A stretch of 64,000 bases of DNA from NCBI GenBank assembly GCA_051294905.1, contig CM119372.1:18850001-18914000 (forward strand), given 5' to 3'. The DNA is from Botryllus schlosseri. Lineage: Eukaryota. Of this stretch, positions 61,452-64,000 are shown piece by piece; position 1 is the stretch's first letter; each line of letters begins with the position of its first letter. The position numbers and the translations under genes were made by a program. Under the pieces are notes generated by a model. It was not told the DNA's origin. It searched no databases and saw only the letters and a list, made by a program, of their open reading frames with translations.

Positions 61452-63059
61452 TCAGAGAAATTGGAAATTTTTCCGTTGTCATTCGCTAAAGTAAATGTCA
61501 TCACAATACTCTGTCACTAAAAGACGTTACTTGGACGTGCTTGCATTCTAGACATAGTTCTGATTTACCCAACACAAGACCCAAGGACAACCCTAGTTTC
61601 AGCCGAACACAGATATCCAAAATATCACACACTTCGCTATTCCTAAAGTACAAACACACAATACAAAATAATACTTGTTGTGTTGTTGCGGCATCATCTT
61701 CACAATATCACCATTTTGTTTGTGTCAATTAGTTACTTTGTATGTTATCCCACAACTCTTACAAAAGTACGAAGGATATTAACATCGCACTAAGTAATTA
61801 ACTTTACTCGATATTCTCACATTACGAAACTAAAGAATGGTTGGTTAGACTCTACAAACTGTTTCGATATCACAAGACCTTTATTGTCTGAATGGGTGTT
61901 CATGTATCTTAATAATCAAATAGTTCAACACAGAACTAGTACTAACAGAAACATCAGAGTTGTTTACACAAAAGTTTGTATGTGTACAGTATGCGAATAC
62001 CATGTGTAAGTCCAGCACAATTGCAGTATCCATTCGAGTTTAGTCAACACAAATTTATTACAACGGAGCCACGTAAACTTTCGTGAAAGAAAAGCATACT
62101 CACTTCCAGAGGGTTATGTCAACACCATAGCAGTTCCCCAACAACAAAGTACATATGTTTCTAGCCACGGTCCTTACATCTTTCACATAGATCAATCTAC
62201 TTTGCTAACGAAAAGTGCTGAGTCATCACATGATCGCTCTCACAACAAAACAGCTAGTAGATATTATCATTCAAAATATTCCTAACCCTTTACACACCAG
62301 TGACAAATCATACAACGAATATGCTTTGCGGGTCGAATTGTTGTTCAGTGTCAAGTCTACCTGTTGAAACGTACATTAAACAGCGCAATCCAATTAAAAC
62401 CACGAATCTATTTTCATTTCGTCACATACAGAAAAATAAATTTTCTTTCTCCAACACATACTTGTAACCAATCGCTTTCATTAAACACACAACACCATAA
62501 AAGTATTTACTTTCTACAACATAGACATTCCGATGTAGTCAAGAAATATTTTTATTAATCAAAATCATCGATTTTTGTTCACGGCGTTAGTGTGTGCATG
62601 TCATACCTGTGGGCCCCGTATTAAAATGGACACGACACGACTGACTGTAAGGAGATAGAAGTCTATCACATCGATTTACATGTGGTCTTCGCTACGGTTT
62701 CAAAAAACGAATCATCTCTTTTGCATTGATCTAGACCGAGCAAGTTAGTTAATGGCCATGATTGTGTTTGTCATATGCGAATGATAGGGTTACTGTCAAA
62801 TCTACATACAACAATCTTCTGACGATCATAATAGCAATTTCATTTTCCGCCCCTTCATAATTGTACAACTCGGTAACTACGTTTAACAAGACCAATCACA
62901 CTACCGGCGTTGAACACAAGATACCTACCCAAGTAAAAATATCATTCTGGTTTGGACAACTGACGTTTACCTGTGTAAAATTATCATTTTCACCTGGAGG
63001 TCCACCGTTACCTAACTAAAATACCATTGTCCTTTGGAGATTTATCGTTTACCCAGTGT

Positions 63060-63635
63060 AACAATCCCCTTTTCACTTGGAAATCTATTTTTGACCTGGA
63101 TAACAAACCCCTTTTCACTTGGAAATCTATTTTTGACCTGGATAACAAACCTTTTTCATTTGGAAATATATTTTTTCTCTTGGTAACAAACCTTTTTCAC
63201 TTGGAAATATATTTTTTCTCTTGGTAACAAACCTTTTTCATTTGGAAATATATTTTTTCTCTTGGTAACAAACCTTTTTCACTTGGAAATATATTTTTTC
63301 TCTTGGTAATAAACCTTTTTCACGTGGAAATATATTTTTTCTCTGGTTAACAAACCTTTTTCACTTGGAAATATATTTTTTCTCTGAGTAACAAACCTTT
63401 TTCACTTGGGAATATATTTTTTCTCTGGTTAACAAACCTTTTTCACTTGGAAATATATTTTTTCTCTGGGTAACAAACCTTTTTCCCTGAGCAACAAACC
63501 TTTTTCACTTGTAAATATATTTTTTCCCGGGTAACAAACCTTTTTCACTTGGAAATATATTTTTTTCCCTGGGTAACAAACCTTTTTCACTTGGAAATAT
63601 ATTTTTTCCCTGGGTTACAAACCTTTTTCACTTGG
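63060..63635. repeat. 41-42-bp tandem repeat array (~14 copies)
   Basis: aacaaacctttttcacttggaaatatattttttctcttggt, period 41 (63144, 63185, 63226...). Confidence 0.95.
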
Positions 63636-64000
63636 TGGTCCGTCGTTTACCTGAGTAAAAATATCATTTTCCTTTGGGGGATCTGGCGTTTACCCAGTGT
63701 AACAATACATTTTCTCTTGGTCATCTAGCTTTTCCTAGAGTAACAAAACCCTTTTCATTTTGAAATCTGACAAACACACCTGACAATTTGATATTTTTGT
63801 ATATTGTTACAACGGATAGCGACAAAATATACACCAACAACAACTCCAATACATTTGTGTAATCGCATATTCACTTGTGCTGATGCAACCCATCAAAATC
63901 ATCGGTTACCCACATACAATGCGCTGTTGTGCATCGACGTTTATGTTTTTGGAAAATTGGACAATAGGCTTCGATAGTTCTGTGATGTCCGGGCTCATGC

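Larger units (their letters stand above)
58051..64000. mobile_element. Putative left end of a Polinton/Maverick-like large DNA element (extends beyond the window)
   Basis: Abrupt start agtagt.., GC-rich terminal region with 33-bp repeats, intronless OB-fold ORF, ~6 kb free of host genes and of the local MITE families, internal 41-bp array. No pPolB, integrase, second TIR or TSD is visible. Confidence 0.4.

Overview
Eukaryotic animal genomic DNA, AT-rich with many ~55-70 bp GT-AG introns. The compact genes, intronless conserved genes and tight co-oriented gene pairs suggest an ascidian tunicate (inference, not provable from this window). Seven host genes can be built by hand: metaxin-2 (-), STARD3/MLN64 (+), ACBD5-like (+), a zeta-type tubulin (-), an uncharacterised CCCH zinc-finger gene (-), intronless NIPSNAP3-like (+) and intronless INTS11 (+). 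Six of them form three co-oriented pairs that look like trans-spliced dicistronic operons. The rest is a dense transposon landscape: a PHD-finger Mutator element with 9-bp TSD, an 8.6-kb foldback element with satellite-built TIRs, many nested hAT MITEs with 8-bp TSDs, 29-42 bp palindromic micro-elements with TSDs, and LINE fragments and tails. From 58051 lies the left end of a putative Polinton/Maverick-like element carrying an intact tandem OB-fold (RPA/SSB-like) ORF. All family assignments come from motif recognition, not database searches.
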